Origin: an uncultured Muribaculaceae bacterium
Lineage (GTDB): Bacteria; Bacteroidota; Bacteroidia; Bacteroidales; Muribaculaceae
DNA length: 64,000 nt
Assembly: GCA_910585755.1 (NCBI GenBank)
Contig: CAJUFH010000007.1
Location: 4,862 to 68,861, forward strand
Direction: 5' to 3'
The notes below the pieces were generated by a model. The model was not told where the DNA came from, ran no database searches, and worked only from the letters and a program-made list of their open reading frames with translations. Of this stretch, positions 1-9,647 are shown piece after piece. The stretch's first letter is position 1, and each line of letters opens with the position of its first letter. A program made the translations under genes and the position numbers.

Positions 1-1836
1 ATCGCTCTGCCGGTAGTAGTAATTCCCGACATTCTCCATCGCCGTCAGTTTCATATAGTATCCTTCCGACGGGTAGCTCTGATTGTCGAGGGCGTTGAAC
101 TCCAGCCGCCCGACAGCCTGTCCGAGGCGCATTGTCGTGCGCTCCCGGGCCCGCTCTGAAAAGTCGGCCCGGTCGTTGGCGTAAAAACGGTCCTTGACCA
201 CGCCGCCACCTATACCGACCGAGGCCTTGCCGCGGCGCCCGACAGCCCAGCCGTAGGTCAGCCGTCCGAAACCCTCGTGGTGGGTGATGAAAGTCGGGGA
301 GCTGTCCTCGTAGAACAGCTTGTCGTTCTCGTAATACTTCTTTCGCGAATAGACGAACTCCAGGTCGAGGGCCGAGGGGCGCGACGAGGGCATATAGAGG
401 CGCGCCCTCCCCTCTCCGGCCATGTAGCTCTGGCCGATCCACCCCATAAGCCGGGCATCAAACGAATGTTTCTTCAGGGTCGCGAAACTCGCCGAGAGGA
501 AAATCATCGAGCTTGTGGTCGAGGAGAGGTACCCACCCGCCCCGAGCGAGAAATTGCTCTTGGGTTGCGCCGCGAGGTCGAGGGTGAAGAGCCCCGTGCG
601 CTCGTTGTAGCGCGCGTGCGGAATCAGGTTGCGGAGCCTTCCGGGCGAAATCGCGCGGTAGTAGGCCAGCCGCGCCTGCTCGATGCCGAACGTGTCGACC
701 CCCTTTTTCGGGCGGAACAGCGCCGCGAGGTAGTCGTTCTGCGCCCGCGTACCCCCGGTGACCTTCACTGAATCGAAACGCACATAGGGGGAGGCCGACT
801 TGAACACCTGGCGGCGCAGCTCGCGGGCCTCCCGCGGCACGCGGCTGGTGACGCGCCCGCAAAGCGAGTCCATCATCTCCATAGCCCTGTCATAACCAAT
901 CTTGTAAATCTCCCTGGCCTTCCCGAAGTCGAGGAGCGAGAACTGGCTTACGTCGACGTGGATTTTCATCCCCTCGTCGGCCGGGAGCGAGTAGTCGTTC
1001 TTCTGGATGATCATATCCTCGAGCTGGGACATAAGGGAGGTCGAAGGGGGCGGATTGAGCGAATGAACGTCCACTCCGACCATGAAGTCCGGGGCGAAAT
1101 CCTGGCGCATGACGTCGACGGGGAAATTGTCGTAGATTCCGCCGTCGTACATGAACACCCCGTCCATCTTGATCGGCTGGAACACCGCCGGGAACGACAT
1201 CGAGGCGCGGATCGCGTCGCCGAGCGAGCCGCCGCGGCAGACGACCTTGTGCTTGTGGATCACGTCGGACGTTACGCAGCGGAACGGTACGAAAAGGCGG
1301 TCAAAGTCGCCGCCGCACTGTGCCGTGTACCCCGCGAAGAGGTCCATGAACGCGAAGTTCATCGGAATCGGGGAGATAAGGCTCGTAGGCAGTATGTCGG
1401 AACCGCGGCTCAGCGAGTCCTTCGGCGACAGGTTTATATTTATATGGGAGAAGGCCGGAGTGTTAGGCTCGCGCACGAAATAATATGTCAGCGACGGGTC
1501 GACGCGGCCCGTAGACCAGTTGGCGAATCCCGGCGACAGAATCATGTCGAGCATCTCCTTCGGAGTGTAGCCTGAGGCGTAGAGCCCCCCGACTATGGCC
1601 CCCATTGAGGTGCCGGCAACATAGTCAATCGGTATGTCGTTGTCCTCCAGCGCCTGGATAACCCCGATATGGGCGATACCCTTCGCGCCCCCGCCGCTGA
1701 GGACAAGCCCCACCGACTGCCCCGTAGGGTACGGGTCGGCAGCCGGGGGCACGGAATCAACGGCAGCCGTGTCGCTGCCGCGCGCGGCACACAGCGCCCC
1801 TAACAAGGCGGCCATAGCAATCAACATCCTTCCCAT
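1..1836 (-). CDS. Patatin-like phospholipase (NTE family) with C-terminal extension; 3' end runs off the window
   Basis: Manual translation from ATG at 1836: MGRMLIAMAALLG... signal peptide, then VGLVLSGGGAKGIAHIG (oxyanion loop), AGTSMG (GxSxG nucleophile) and a DGG motif. Absent from the ORF track because it is open at the window edge. Confidence 0.9.
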   Translation of the reverse strand, partial: MGRMLIAMAALLGALCAARGSDTAAVDSVPPAADPYPTGQSVGLVLSGGGAKGIAHIGVIQALEDNDIPIDYVAGTSMGAIVGGLYASGYTPKEMLDMILSPGFANWSTGRVDPSLTYYFVREPNTPAFSHININLSPKDSLSRGSDILPTSLISPIPMNFAFMDLFAGYTAQCGGDFDRLFVPFRCVTSDVIHKHKVVCRGGSLGDAIRASMSFPAVFQPIKMDGVFMYDGGIYDNFPVDVMRQDFAPDFMVGVDVHSLNPPPSTSLMSQLEDMIIQKNDYSLPADEGMKIHVDVSQFSLLDFGKAREIYKIGYDRAMEMMDSLCGRVTSRVPREARELRRQVFKSASPYVRFDSVKVTGGTRAQNDYLAALFRPKKGVDTFGIEQARLAYYRAISPGRLRNLIPHARYNERTGLFTLDLAAQPKSNFSLGAGGYLSSTTSSMIFLSASFATLKKHSFDARLMGWIGQSYMAGEGRARLYMPSSRPSALDLEFVYSRKKYYENDKLFYEDSSPTFITHHEGFGRLTYGWAVGRRGKASVGIGGGVVKDRFYANDRADFSERARERTTMRLGQAVGRLEFNALDNQSYPSEGYYMKLTAMENVGNYYYRQSD

Positions 1837-1922
1837 AAACAAACGTATTGAAACCACAAATTTAACCATTAAAACGCAAAACGCGCCATTTTCGTTCGGA
1901 AATTCAGTAACTTCGCGTCATT

Positions 1923-4100
1923 ATGGAGACAAACAACGAGCTGCGGACCGCCTGGGACTTCGCCGAACACACCGGAGTCAGCATCTTCCTTACCGGTAAG
2001 GCCGGAACCGGGAAGACAACATTCCTGAAAACGCTGAAAGAGCATACGGCCAAGACCGTGGCGGTGGTGGCCCCGACAGGCGTGGCCGCCATCAACGCCG
2101 GGGGCGCGACAATCCACAGCTTCTTCCAGATCGCCCCGACCCCGTTCGTGCCCGGGACGAAGTCCGACCAGAAATTCAACTTCTCGAAGCAGAAGCTCCG
2201 CATCATACGCGCCCTCGACATGCTCGTCATCGACGAGATTTCGATGGTCCGCGCCGACCTCCTCGACGCGATCGACGACGTGCTGCGGCGCGTGCGCCGC
2301 TCCCCGCTACCCTTCGGCGGGGTGCAGCTCCTGATGATCGGCGACCTCCAGCAGCTCGCCCCGGTCGTAACCCCCGCCGACGAGGCGATGCTCCGCGGCT
2401 ACTACCCGACCCCCTACTTCTTCGGAAGCCGGGCATTGGCGCTGATTCCCTACGTCACCATCTGCCTGACAAAGGTCTACCGCCAGCAGAACGCCGACTT
2501 TGTCGAGCTGCTGAACCACGTCCGCGACGCCTCCCTTACCCCCGCCGACTACCGGGCCCTCTCCGAGAGGCTCGACCCCTCATTCCGCCCCGCCGCCGAC
2601 AGCGGCTACATCCGCCTGACGACCCACAACCAGCAGGCCGACGACTACAACGCGACCCAGCTCCTGATGCTCCCCGGAAAGAGCCGCGTATATACCGCGA
2701 CCGTCAAGGGCAACTTCCCGGAATACGCCTACCCTACAGCCCCGGCGCTCCAGCTCAAGCCGGGAGCGCAGGTGATGTTCGTCCGCAACGACCCCGAACA
2801 CCGCTACTACAACGGCCGCATCGGGCGCGTCGTGGAGATAACCCCGACCTCCCTCCGCGTGCTCTGCCCCGGCGACACCGAGCCGATCGAGGTCGAGGAA
2901 CAGGTATGGGAGAACGCGACATACACCATCAACGAGGAGACCAGGAAAGTGGAGACAAAGGTGCAGGGCACCTTCTCCCAGATTCCCCTCCGCCTGGCAT
3001 GGGCCATAACCATCCACAAGAGCCAGGGCCTGACATTCGACAAGGTAATCATCGACGCCGGACGCTCCTTCGCCCCCGGCCAGGTCTACGTAGCCCTCAG
3101 CCGCTGCAAGACCCTCGAAGGAATCGTGCTCTCGACCCCGATAACCGCCGGGCAGGTGCTCTCCGACCCCGCCGTCGCCGCATACACCGCCGGGCAGGAC
3201 GCCGAGGCAGCCCGCTCCATCCGGCGCCTCGCCGACATCAAGGACGCGTATTTCCGCCAGCTCCTCTGCGAGCTCTTCACCTTCCGCGAAATCGCCGACC
3301 TCCAGCAGAGCCTCGCCCGCCATATCTCGCAGACCTACGCCCGCTCCTTCCCCGAAGAGAACGCCGCCCACCAGCAACTGCAGACCGCGCTCCGCGAAAA
3401 GGTGATCGACGTGGCCGACAAATGGCTGACCCTCCTGCGCACCGCCCCCGACCCCGCGCTCCGCGAACCGGAACTCCTGGCCCGCGTAGGCCGAAGCGCC
3501 GTATATTTCGGAAAGACCCTCGAAGAACTCTTCGGCGACCTCCCCGACCGCACCGCCCGCGTAAAGACCGAAAACAAACGCGCCAACCAGCGCCTCCAGG
3601 AACTCAACGCCGACCTCCGAGGCGCGCTCACCTCCCGCCGAGCACTCCTCGACTCCATCGCCAAGGAGGGCTTCACCATCTCCAACTACCTCAACGCCAA
3701 ACAGGCCGCCATTATCGAGGCAACCGCCGCCGACGACCCAAAAGCCTCCCGCCGGCGCAAGGCCAAGCTCCCCGCCGAGAAGAAGCCAAAGGAACAGAAA
3801 GAGAAATCCCACCTCGTGACATACCGCATGTTCCGCCAGGGGATGACCCGCGCCGAAATCGCATCAGAGCGCAACCTCGCCGTATCGACCGTCACCGGCC
3901 ACCTCGCGACCTTCATCCCCACCGGCGAACTGACCGTCGACGACATACTGCCCCCCTCGGTCTGCACCCAGATCGCCTCCGCCGTCAGCCGCGCCGGCCT
4001 CGCCTCCGGCTACGCCGGCATCCAGGCCCTCCTCCCCCCTTCCGTCACCCCCTCCGACATCCGCCTCTACCTCAACAACACCCCCCGCCCCGAACCCTGA
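1923..4100 (+). CDS. PIF1/RecD-like SF1B helicase with C-terminal helix-turn-helix domain
   Basis: GKAGTGKT Walker A, DEISM Walker B, GDLQQLAPV, TIHKSQG, QVYVALSR; C-terminal 'EIASERNLAVSTVTGHL' HTH. Confidence 0.88.
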   Translation: METNNELRTAWDFAEHTGVSIFLTGKAGTGKTTFLKTLKEHTAKTVAVVAPTGVAAINAGGATIHSFFQIAPTPFVPGTKSDQKFNFSKQKLRIIRALDMLVIDEISMVRADLLDAIDDVLRRVRRSPLPFGGVQLLMIGDLQQLAPVVTPADEAMLRGYYPTPYFFGSRALALIPYVTICLTKVYRQQNADFVELLNHVRDASLTPADYRALSERLDPSFRPAADSGYIRLTTHNQQADDYNATQLLMLPGKSRVYTATVKGNFPEYAYPTAPALQLKPGAQVMFVRNDPEHRYYNGRIGRVVEITPTSLRVLCPGDTEPIEVEEQVWENATYTINEETRKVETKVQGTFSQIPLRLAWAITIHKSQGLTFDKVIIDAGRSFAPGQVYVALSRCKTLEGIVLSTPITAGQVLSDPAVAAYTAGQDAEAARSIRRLADIKDAYFRQLLCELFTFREIADLQQSLARHISQTYARSFPEENAAHQQLQTALREKVIDVADKWLTLLRTAPDPALREPELLARVGRSAVYFGKTLEELFGDLPDRTARVKTENKRANQRLQELNADLRGALTSRRALLDSIAKEGFTISNYLNAKQAAIIEATAADDPKASRRRKAKLPAEKKPKEQKEKSHLVTYRMFRQGMTRAEIASERNLAVSTVTGHLATFIPTGELTVDDILPPSVCTQIASAVSRAGLASGYAGIQALLPPSVTPSDIRLYLNNTPRPEP

Positions 4101-4177
4101 CCCGCCGTTCCCCCCAACCCTGAAATTAAGAAATTTGTTGTATATTTGCAATCGCAAGAAATACAAGGCCGAGAATT

Positions 4178-4474
4178 ATGTGTACAAGGCAGGAATGTTT
4201 CAGCAGGCTTGAAAAAGCCGCCCCCTATATCCGCGACGAGTTCGGGGTGACTTCGATGTGCGTATTCGGTTCAATGGCGCGCGGCGACAACCGCATCGAC
4301 AGCGATGTGGACGTCTGCGTCGACATGCCTCCCAAGATGTTTTCGCTAATCGGGTTGAAACAATTTCTCCAGGACCTTCTCGGCCTCCCTGTCGACCTCG
4401 TGCGCCGACACAACGGCATGAACCAACTGTTAGTTTCCGAAATCCAGCGCGATGGAATCTCAATCTTCCCGTAG
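4178..4474 (+). CDS. Minimal nucleotidyltransferase (MNT/MntA-type antitoxin)
   Basis: FGSMARGD and SDVDVCVD motifs, 98 aa, directly upstream of a HEPN gene. Confidence 0.9.
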   Translation: MCTRQECFSRLEKAAPYIRDEFGVTSMCVFGSMARGDNRIDSDVDVCVDMPPKMFSLIGLKQFLQDLLGLPVDLVRRHNGMNQLLVSEIQRDGISIFP

Positions 4475-4837
4475 CCCCCACCTCGCCCAAGGGCTCCTGC
4501 GCCAAATGGCCGAAGCCTGCGATTTGTTGCTTCTTTGGAACAAGTCAACCTCTACCCGGATGAGTTTCTTCTATCACCGGAAGGAACCCAAAAACTTGCC
4601 GCAAGTTGTATGCTGCTCGAAAGCATAGGCGAAGGCTGCAAGAAAATCGACCGACTGATTCCCGGAATCCTTGAACAGCATTTCCCCGAATTGCCCTGGA
4701 AACAGATTAAAGGGATGAGGGACCATATAGCCCACGGGTATTTCGATATTGACGCGGACGTGATTTTCCATACCGTTAAAAATGACATTGCCCCGCTTCG
4801 CGATGCCCTTGCAACCATCGCCGAAAAACTCGCATAG
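4452..4837 (+). pseudogene. HEPN (DUF86/HepT-like) RNase toxin, apparently frameshifted near 4555-4557
   Basis: RDHIAHGY (Rx4HxY) motif in ORF 4535-4837. A plausible N-terminus (MESQSSRSPHLAQGLLRQMAEACDLLLLWNKSTST) starts at ATG 4452, overlapping the MNT gene, but in another frame. One extra C in CCC 4555-4557 joins them into a 128-aa protein. Confidence 0.7.
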
Positions 4838-4861
4838 GAGCAAATACTTACCGAAAAGAGT

Positions 4862-4898
4862 AAATTCCACCCCGCCCCGGGGTGGAATTTTTGTTTTT
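4862..4898 (+). terminator. Intrinsic terminator after the MNT-HEPN pair
   Basis: AAATTCCACCCC...GGGGTGGAATTT hairpin followed by TTGTTTTT. Confidence 0.75.
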
Positions 4899-5146
4899 AC
4901 CCCCGTCCAAAACCCTCAGAACAGCCCTGCGAGGGGTAATTTCCGCCGCCCGACCACTATTTTACGCCGCCCGAAGCGGCAACCCCTGACGAAACCCGCG
5001 GCAGAAACCGCCGTCCGGTGGAATCCCCGCCAACAGTCCCGTTTTCGCGCCAACCATCGCCCCCTACCGCCCAATTTCCCGTCGTAACTTCGCGTTGTAG
5101 AGCAAAAACAATTTTAATAAGCTCGACTCAAATAATATTCAAACAT

Positions 5147-5560
5147 ATGAGAAATGTATTACCCTGGTTGGACAATGCTCTTTTCGCGACAATTACTCTT
5201 GTTTTTGTCGCGGCATGGGTTTGTGCCATTGTCTCTGCCATAAAAACGCACAACAAAAAGAGCATAATCGCGACATGCGGGCTGGCAGCTATCGCCGTGG
5301 CTGTTGTCTGTCTTTATGAATTCGGCGCGATACCGTTATACGAGAAGCTGTCTGCCGACAGCGCCATCCCGAGCGGCATGATTGTCGGCTTAGCATTTCT
5401 GCTCCTGTTTTGGGGCGCGGTCATCTACCACCTCGTCCTCTACTACAGGAAACTGCGAAAAGCCTATGACCTGAAAAGTCTGCTTTACTTCCTGTTAACC
5501 GCTATTGTCAGCCTGCCGTTGTTAAGCTGGGCCACCTGGAAAATCATCAGTGAAGTTTAA
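5147..5560 (+). CDS. Hypothetical 4-TM membrane protein (two hairpin modules)
   Basis: ATG 5147 after an AT-rich leader and TAACTTCG at 5085; four hydrophobic helices with basic loops. Confidence 0.75.
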   Translation: MRNVLPWLDNALFATITLVFVAAWVCAIVSAIKTHNKKSIIATCGLAAIAVAVVCLYEFGAIPLYEKLSADSAIPSGMIVGLAFLLLFWGAVIYHLVLYYRKLRKAYDLKSLLYFLLTAIVSLPLLSWATWKIISEV

Positions 5561-5646
5561 CCGCGATTTGGCCGCATTGGATGTTTTCGCTAACTTTGCG
5601 AGAAAGCATTTATTAAAAGCGAATTTATAAATGCGGCTAATCAATC

Positions 5647-6375
5647 ATGAATGAATTTCTAACCTCTCTAAAACCCATACTCCACGACGGCTGGGCCGTC
5701 TTCAAAATATTGTTCGTACTGATAGGGTTGGGAGAACTCTCGTTTTATACAAAGGAACGACTTAAAGCCCGCGACTGGAAAGGCGCGCTTAAATTCGCCG
5801 CGCTTTTCATAATCGCCATGGGTGCTTCCTGGCTTTGGTGCAACGACCTGTTCGCGGAGTTTAGTCCCAAATTACCCCCTATCGAAGATACCGCTTTTTA
5901 TAAATGGTTCGCAACTACTTCCATCGGCATCAAATGGCAGACCTGCGCGAAGATTCTCGGCGCCCTGTATATCGCTGCGCTATGGGCGGCATTCGCCGTA
6001 ATCTGGAGAATCGTGTTCAAGCGCGTGAGACGCATCCGAAGCAAAATCACCAACAAGCAGGATATGCCGTCCGTCATAGGGATGGCGGTTATCTGCCTCT
6101 TTACCGCCGCGATAGCCTTTTTAATCTCCTCAACAATATGGAAAGCCGCCGTCGAGGTCGGGAACATCGGGCCGGAGGAACCGGCGACTGTCGGCAAGGT
6201 ACTGCTTATGACCTTCTTCGCCCTTCTTTGGGGCCGCGTGATCGCGGCCCTCGGCATCAGCACCCACAAAAGTATCCACCGCGGCCGGCGGCGCGACTAC
6301 GCCGAACTCGCCCTTTCGGTATGCCTCGTAGTCGCCGTCAGCTACATAAGCTGGCTCCTCGTCCCGACAATCTGA
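5647..6375 (+). CDS. Hypothetical 6-TM membrane protein (three hairpin modules)
   Basis: 242-aa ORF with six hydrophobic helices; TAACTTTG promoter motif at 5591. Confidence 0.8.
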   Translation: MNEFLTSLKPILHDGWAVFKILFVLIGLGELSFYTKERLKARDWKGALKFAALFIIAMGASWLWCNDLFAEFSPKLPPIEDTAFYKWFATTSIGIKWQTCAKILGALYIAALWAAFAVIWRIVFKRVRRIRSKITNKQDMPSVIGMAVICLFTAAIAFLISSTIWKAAVEVGNIGPEEPATVGKVLLMTFFALLWGRVIAALGISTHKSIHRGRRRDYAELALSVCLVVAVSYISWLLVPTI

Positions 6376-6396
6376 AACAATACAGCGTAATTGGCT

Positions 6397-6864
6397 ATGG
6401 ACGCGTTTCTTGACGGGCAGTTTAACGTTATCAGGCAGTTTTTCGAGCTGCGGCAGATGTGGCGGTTATGGATTCCGCTGCTGGTGTTCCTGACTTTCTG
6501 GATTCAGTATGCCAAGGCCAGATGGCTCGCCCGCGACAAGCGGGGCATCGCTATTGCCGCAGTGCTGCTCGTCGCCGGCGCGGTCGGGGTATATTTCCTT
6601 TACGGATGGCTGACGAATCCCGCGGAACTCGAAGCCGCGAAGCCGCCCCGCGACCCGGCGGGAGACCGGCTCGTCCGCAACTTCGTGATTATCCTGCTAT
6701 GGGTAATTTACGCCTGCCATTTTGCCAAGGCGGTATTCTTCGCCGTCAGGCGCAAGATGGCGAAAGACTACCGGCGGCTTCTTATGACAATTTTCGTATA
6801 CGCGCCTTTTTATGCTCTGACCACCTGGTTTATCTTGCGTCTTTTCGAGTCCGCCGGGAATTAG
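6397..6864 (+). CDS. Hypothetical 4-TM membrane protein, paralogue of the two preceding genes
   Basis: YAKARWLARDKRG aligns with YTKERLKARDWKG of 5647-6375; stop overlaps the convergent antiporter stop. Confidence 0.75.
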   Translation: MDAFLDGQFNVIRQFFELRQMWRLWIPLLVFLTFWIQYAKARWLARDKRGIAIAAVLLVAGAVGVYFLYGWLTNPAELEAAKPPRDPAGDRLVRNFVIILLWVIYACHFAKAVFFAVRRKMAKDYRRLLMTIFVYAPFYALTTWFILRLFESAGN

Positions 6865-7844
6865 GCGGGGAGGTTGAGGATGAGCCAGGCGGTGTAGGCG
6901 ACATACAGCAGTACCATCAAAGCGCCCTCCCAACGGGTGATCGTGCGGGCGCGGCCGAAGAAGGAGCCGACGACCCAGAAGAGGACGCTTGCGGCGGTCA
7001 GCACTAAGAGGTCGGCAAAGCCTATCGTGCCGAAACTAAGGGGCTTGATGGTAGAGGTTACGCCAAGCACGAAGAAGATGTTGAAGATGTTGGAGCCGAT
7101 AACGTTCCCCATGCAGATTCCGGGATTCCCCTTGGCCGCCGCCACAACGGAGGTCGCCAGTTCGGGCAGCGAGGTTCCCGCCGCGAGGATTGTCAGGCCG
7201 ATCAGCCCCTCCGACCATCCTACCGACTTGGCGATTCCGCAAGCGCCGTCGACAAACCATTCGCCGCCGAACACCAGCCCCGCCAGTCCCCCGAGCACAT
7301 AAACTATTGCCTTCCAGAGCGGCATCCGCTTCATTGCCGCCCCCTCGGCCTCCGCGGGGTCGCTCCCCGGCTCCACGCGCCGGGCCGACGCGAAGGTATA
7401 GCGCATGAACACTATGAAAAACAGCAGGAGCAGCAACCCGTCGACCCGCGTAAGGACCATCGAGCCCCCGTCGAGCCACGGCGCGCTCCCCATGACGAGC
7501 AGAACTACCGAGGAGAGCACCACCAGCGGAATCTCGTTAAGAAGCACCCCGCGCTCAACCGTTATAGGCTTAATCATCGCGCAGACCCCGACAATCACAA
7601 GTATATTGAACACGTTGGACCCCACGATGTTGCCTATCGCCATCTCAGTAGAGGCGTTGAAGGCGCTCGTAACCGACACCACCAGCTCCGGCGCGCTCGT
7701 CATCATCGAAACCACCGTCAGACCCACCAGGAAGTCGGACATCCCGAACCTCTTGGCCAGCGCGGCCGACCCGTCGGTCATAAAGTTGGCTCCAACGAGA
7801 ATCAGCACAATCCCGACAAGGAGCAGCAAGCAGTCAATCGCCAT
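6861..7844 (-). CDS. Calcium/sodium antiporter (CaCA family, YrbG-like)
   Basis: Two alpha repeats, TSAPE..GNIVGSN and GTSLPE..GNVIGSN; start taken at ATG 7844 (MAIDCLLLL). Confidence 0.92.
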   Translation of the reverse strand: MAIDCLLLLVGIVLILVGANFMTDGSAALAKRFGMSDFLVGLTVVSMMTSAPELVVSVTSAFNASTEMAIGNIVGSNVFNILVIVGVCAMIKPITVERGVLLNEIPLVVLSSVVLLVMGSAPWLDGGSMVLTRVDGLLLLLFFIVFMRYTFASARRVEPGSDPAEAEGAAMKRMPLWKAIVYVLGGLAGLVFGGEWFVDGACGIAKSVGWSEGLIGLTILAAGTSLPELATSVVAAAKGNPGICMGNVIGSNIFNIFFVLGVTSTIKPLSFGTIGFADLLVLTAASVLFWVVGSFFGRARTITRWEGALMVLLYVAYTAWLILNLPA

Positions 7845-7865
7845 CTCTCTTTCAAATTTAATGCG

Positions 7866-7964
7866 AAAAGTGAAGGGTGAAAGGTGAAGATAATACTCCT
7901 TTAGATAAACTATTTCCTTCACTCAGGCGCAGCCTGACCTTTCACTTTCCACTATTCACCTTTT
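7866..7964. repeat. Heptamer-repeat inverted element (GTGAARG arms with an internal hairpin)
   Basis: AAAAGTGAAGGGTGAAAGGTGAAGA ... CCTTCAC-TCAGGCGCAGCCTGA-CCTTTCACTTTCCACTATTCACCTTTT; the left arm recurs at 13863-13895 and 60102-60123. Confidence 0.7.
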
Positions 7965-8139
7965 ATAAAGGGATAACGCTCCGCGGCGCGGAAAGATTGC
8001 GCCGCGCCGCGATGTTTTTTTATCCGGTTTTTCTGTTTTCTAACATGCCCGTGAGTTTGGCCGTCCGCAAAAAATGGCGTAACTTAGGGGCTGTAATTTT
8101 TATACGATTCTTATACAGGAACGCCTGAATATTTATACA

Positions 8140-9237
8140 ATGGAAGAGATCAAGAAAACCTGCCTCCACGACCTGCACCAGGCCCTTGGCGCGCAGATGA
8201 GCCCTTTCGCGGGCTGGGACATGCCGATCCAGTATGCCGGAATCGAAGAAGAGCACCGGGCCGTGCGCGAGGCGTGCGGCGTGTTCGACGTCTCACACAT
8301 GGGGGAGGTGAACATCTCCGGCCCTGACGCCGAAAAGCTCGTCAACCGCCTGTTCACCAACGACGTGGCCGGAGCGCCGGTCGGGCAGTGCTTCTACGGC
8401 ATGATGCTCCACCCCGACGGGGGCGTCGTCGACGACCTGCTGGTCTACAAGCGCGCCGCCGACAGCTTCCTCCTGGTAATCAACGCCGCCAACATCGCCA
8501 AGGACGAGGCCTGGATTCTCTCCAACGCCGAGGGGTACGACGTAAAAGTCGACCTCCTCTCTGAAACCACCGCCGAGCTGGCAATCCAGGGTCCGAAAGC
8601 CGAATCGGTAGTCGAGAGCGTGCTCGGCATCCCCTGTGCCGACCTCGCCTTCTATACCTTCAAGGAGCTGGAGGTCGAGGGTAAGCCCGCGATCATCAGC
8701 CGCACCGGCTACACCGGCGAGGACGGCTTCGAGCTCTACGCCCCCGCGGAGGTAATCCGCTCTGCCTGGCAGAAACTCATGGCTTCCGGCGAGGCCGCGC
8801 CCTGCGGTCTCGGATGCCGCGACACCCTCCGCTTCGAAGTCGGGCTACCCCTCTACGGCGACGAGCTGGCCGACGACATTACCCCCGTCGAAGCCGGCCT
8901 CTCGATGTTCGTCAAGCTCGACAAAACCGACATGATCGGCCGCGACGCGGTCGCCGCGCAGAAGGCCGAAGGCCCCCGCCGCAAGTCTGTCGGACTGGAG
9001 CTCAAAGACCGCGCCATTCCCCGCCACGGCTACGAGGTGCTCGACCCGGAGGGGAACGTCATCGGACATGTCACGACCGGCTACCACTGCATCTCCGTCG
9101 ACAAGAGCGTAGCGATGGCCCTCATAGACAGCCGCTTTGCCAAGCAGGGGACCGAGCTGCAGGTGCGCATCCGCCGCAAGACCTTCCCCGCGACCGTCGT
9201 CCCGAAGAAATTCTACAAGAAATCATACAAAAACTAA
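8140..9237 (+). CDS. gcvT: Glycine cleavage system aminomethyltransferase T
   Basis: FAGWDMPIQY, FDVSHMGE, SRTGYTGEDGFE, GLGCRDTLRFE. Confidence 0.97.
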   Translation: MEEIKKTCLHDLHQALGAQMSPFAGWDMPIQYAGIEEEHRAVREACGVFDVSHMGEVNISGPDAEKLVNRLFTNDVAGAPVGQCFYGMMLHPDGGVVDDLLVYKRAADSFLLVINAANIAKDEAWILSNAEGYDVKVDLLSETTAELAIQGPKAESVVESVLGIPCADLAFYTFKELEVEGKPAIISRTGYTGEDGFELYAPAEVIRSAWQKLMASGEAAPCGLGCRDTLRFEVGLPLYGDELADDITPVEAGLSMFVKLDKTDMIGRDAVAAQKAEGPRRKSVGLELKDRAIPRHGYEVLDPEGNVIGHVTTGYHCISVDKSVAMALIDSRFAKQGTELQVRIRRKTFPATVVPKKFYKKSYKN

Positions 9238-9266
9238 CCCACTCAACCACATACACCGAAAATATT

Positions 9267-9635
9267 ATGATCTACTATTCCGAATCCCACGAATATATCC
9301 GCGTAGAAGGCGAGGAAGGCTTCATCGGCATCTCCGACTACGCCCAGAAACAGCTCGGCAACGTCGTCTACGTCGACATGCCCGAGGAAGGGGACGAAAT
9401 CACCGCCGGCGACGACTTCGGCGCCATTGAAAGCGTAAAGGCCGCTTCCGACCTTATCGCCCCCGTTTCCGGCGAGGTCCTGGAGGTCAACACCGCCCTG
9501 GAGGAGAACCCCCGCCTGGTAAACGAGGACCCGATGGCCAACTGGATTATCAAAGTTTCCATCCAGGACCCCTCCCAGCTCGACTCCCTCATGGACGAAG
9601 AGCGCTACGCCGCCTACTGCGCCTCCCTCCATTAA
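9267..9635 (+). CDS. gcvH: Glycine cleavage system protein H
   Basis: IGISDYAQKQLG, lipoyl-lysine motif ESVKAASD; true start ATG 9267 inside ORF 8814-9635. Confidence 0.96.
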   Translation: MIYYSESHEYIRVEGEEGFIGISDYAQKQLGNVVYVDMPEEGDEITAGDDFGAIESVKAASDLIAPVSGEVLEVNTALEENPRLVNEDPMANWIIKVSIQDPSQLDSLMDEERYAAYCASLH

Positions 9636-9647
9636 ACACCAACAACG

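Noticed and set aside
4093..4989. Stop-anchored direct repeat (AACCCTGA/AACCCCTGA) around MNT-HEPN; also sought around the R-M and YefM-YoeB cassettes
   Set aside because: Matches are 8 bp or less or imperfect, in C-rich sequence, so not distinguishable from chance.
1923..6864. Helicase, MNT-HEPN and membrane proteins as one multi-gene defence system
   Set aside because: The helicase has host-like codons and is a common Bacteroidales gene; separate promoter boxes and a terminator at 4862-4898 divide the units.
7845..8139. Glycine riboswitch upstream of gcvT
   Set aside because: No GGAGA...CCGAAG...CTCTCAGG aptamer blocks; the structure present is a heptamer-repeat element plus a GC hairpin with a T-tract (7982-8021).
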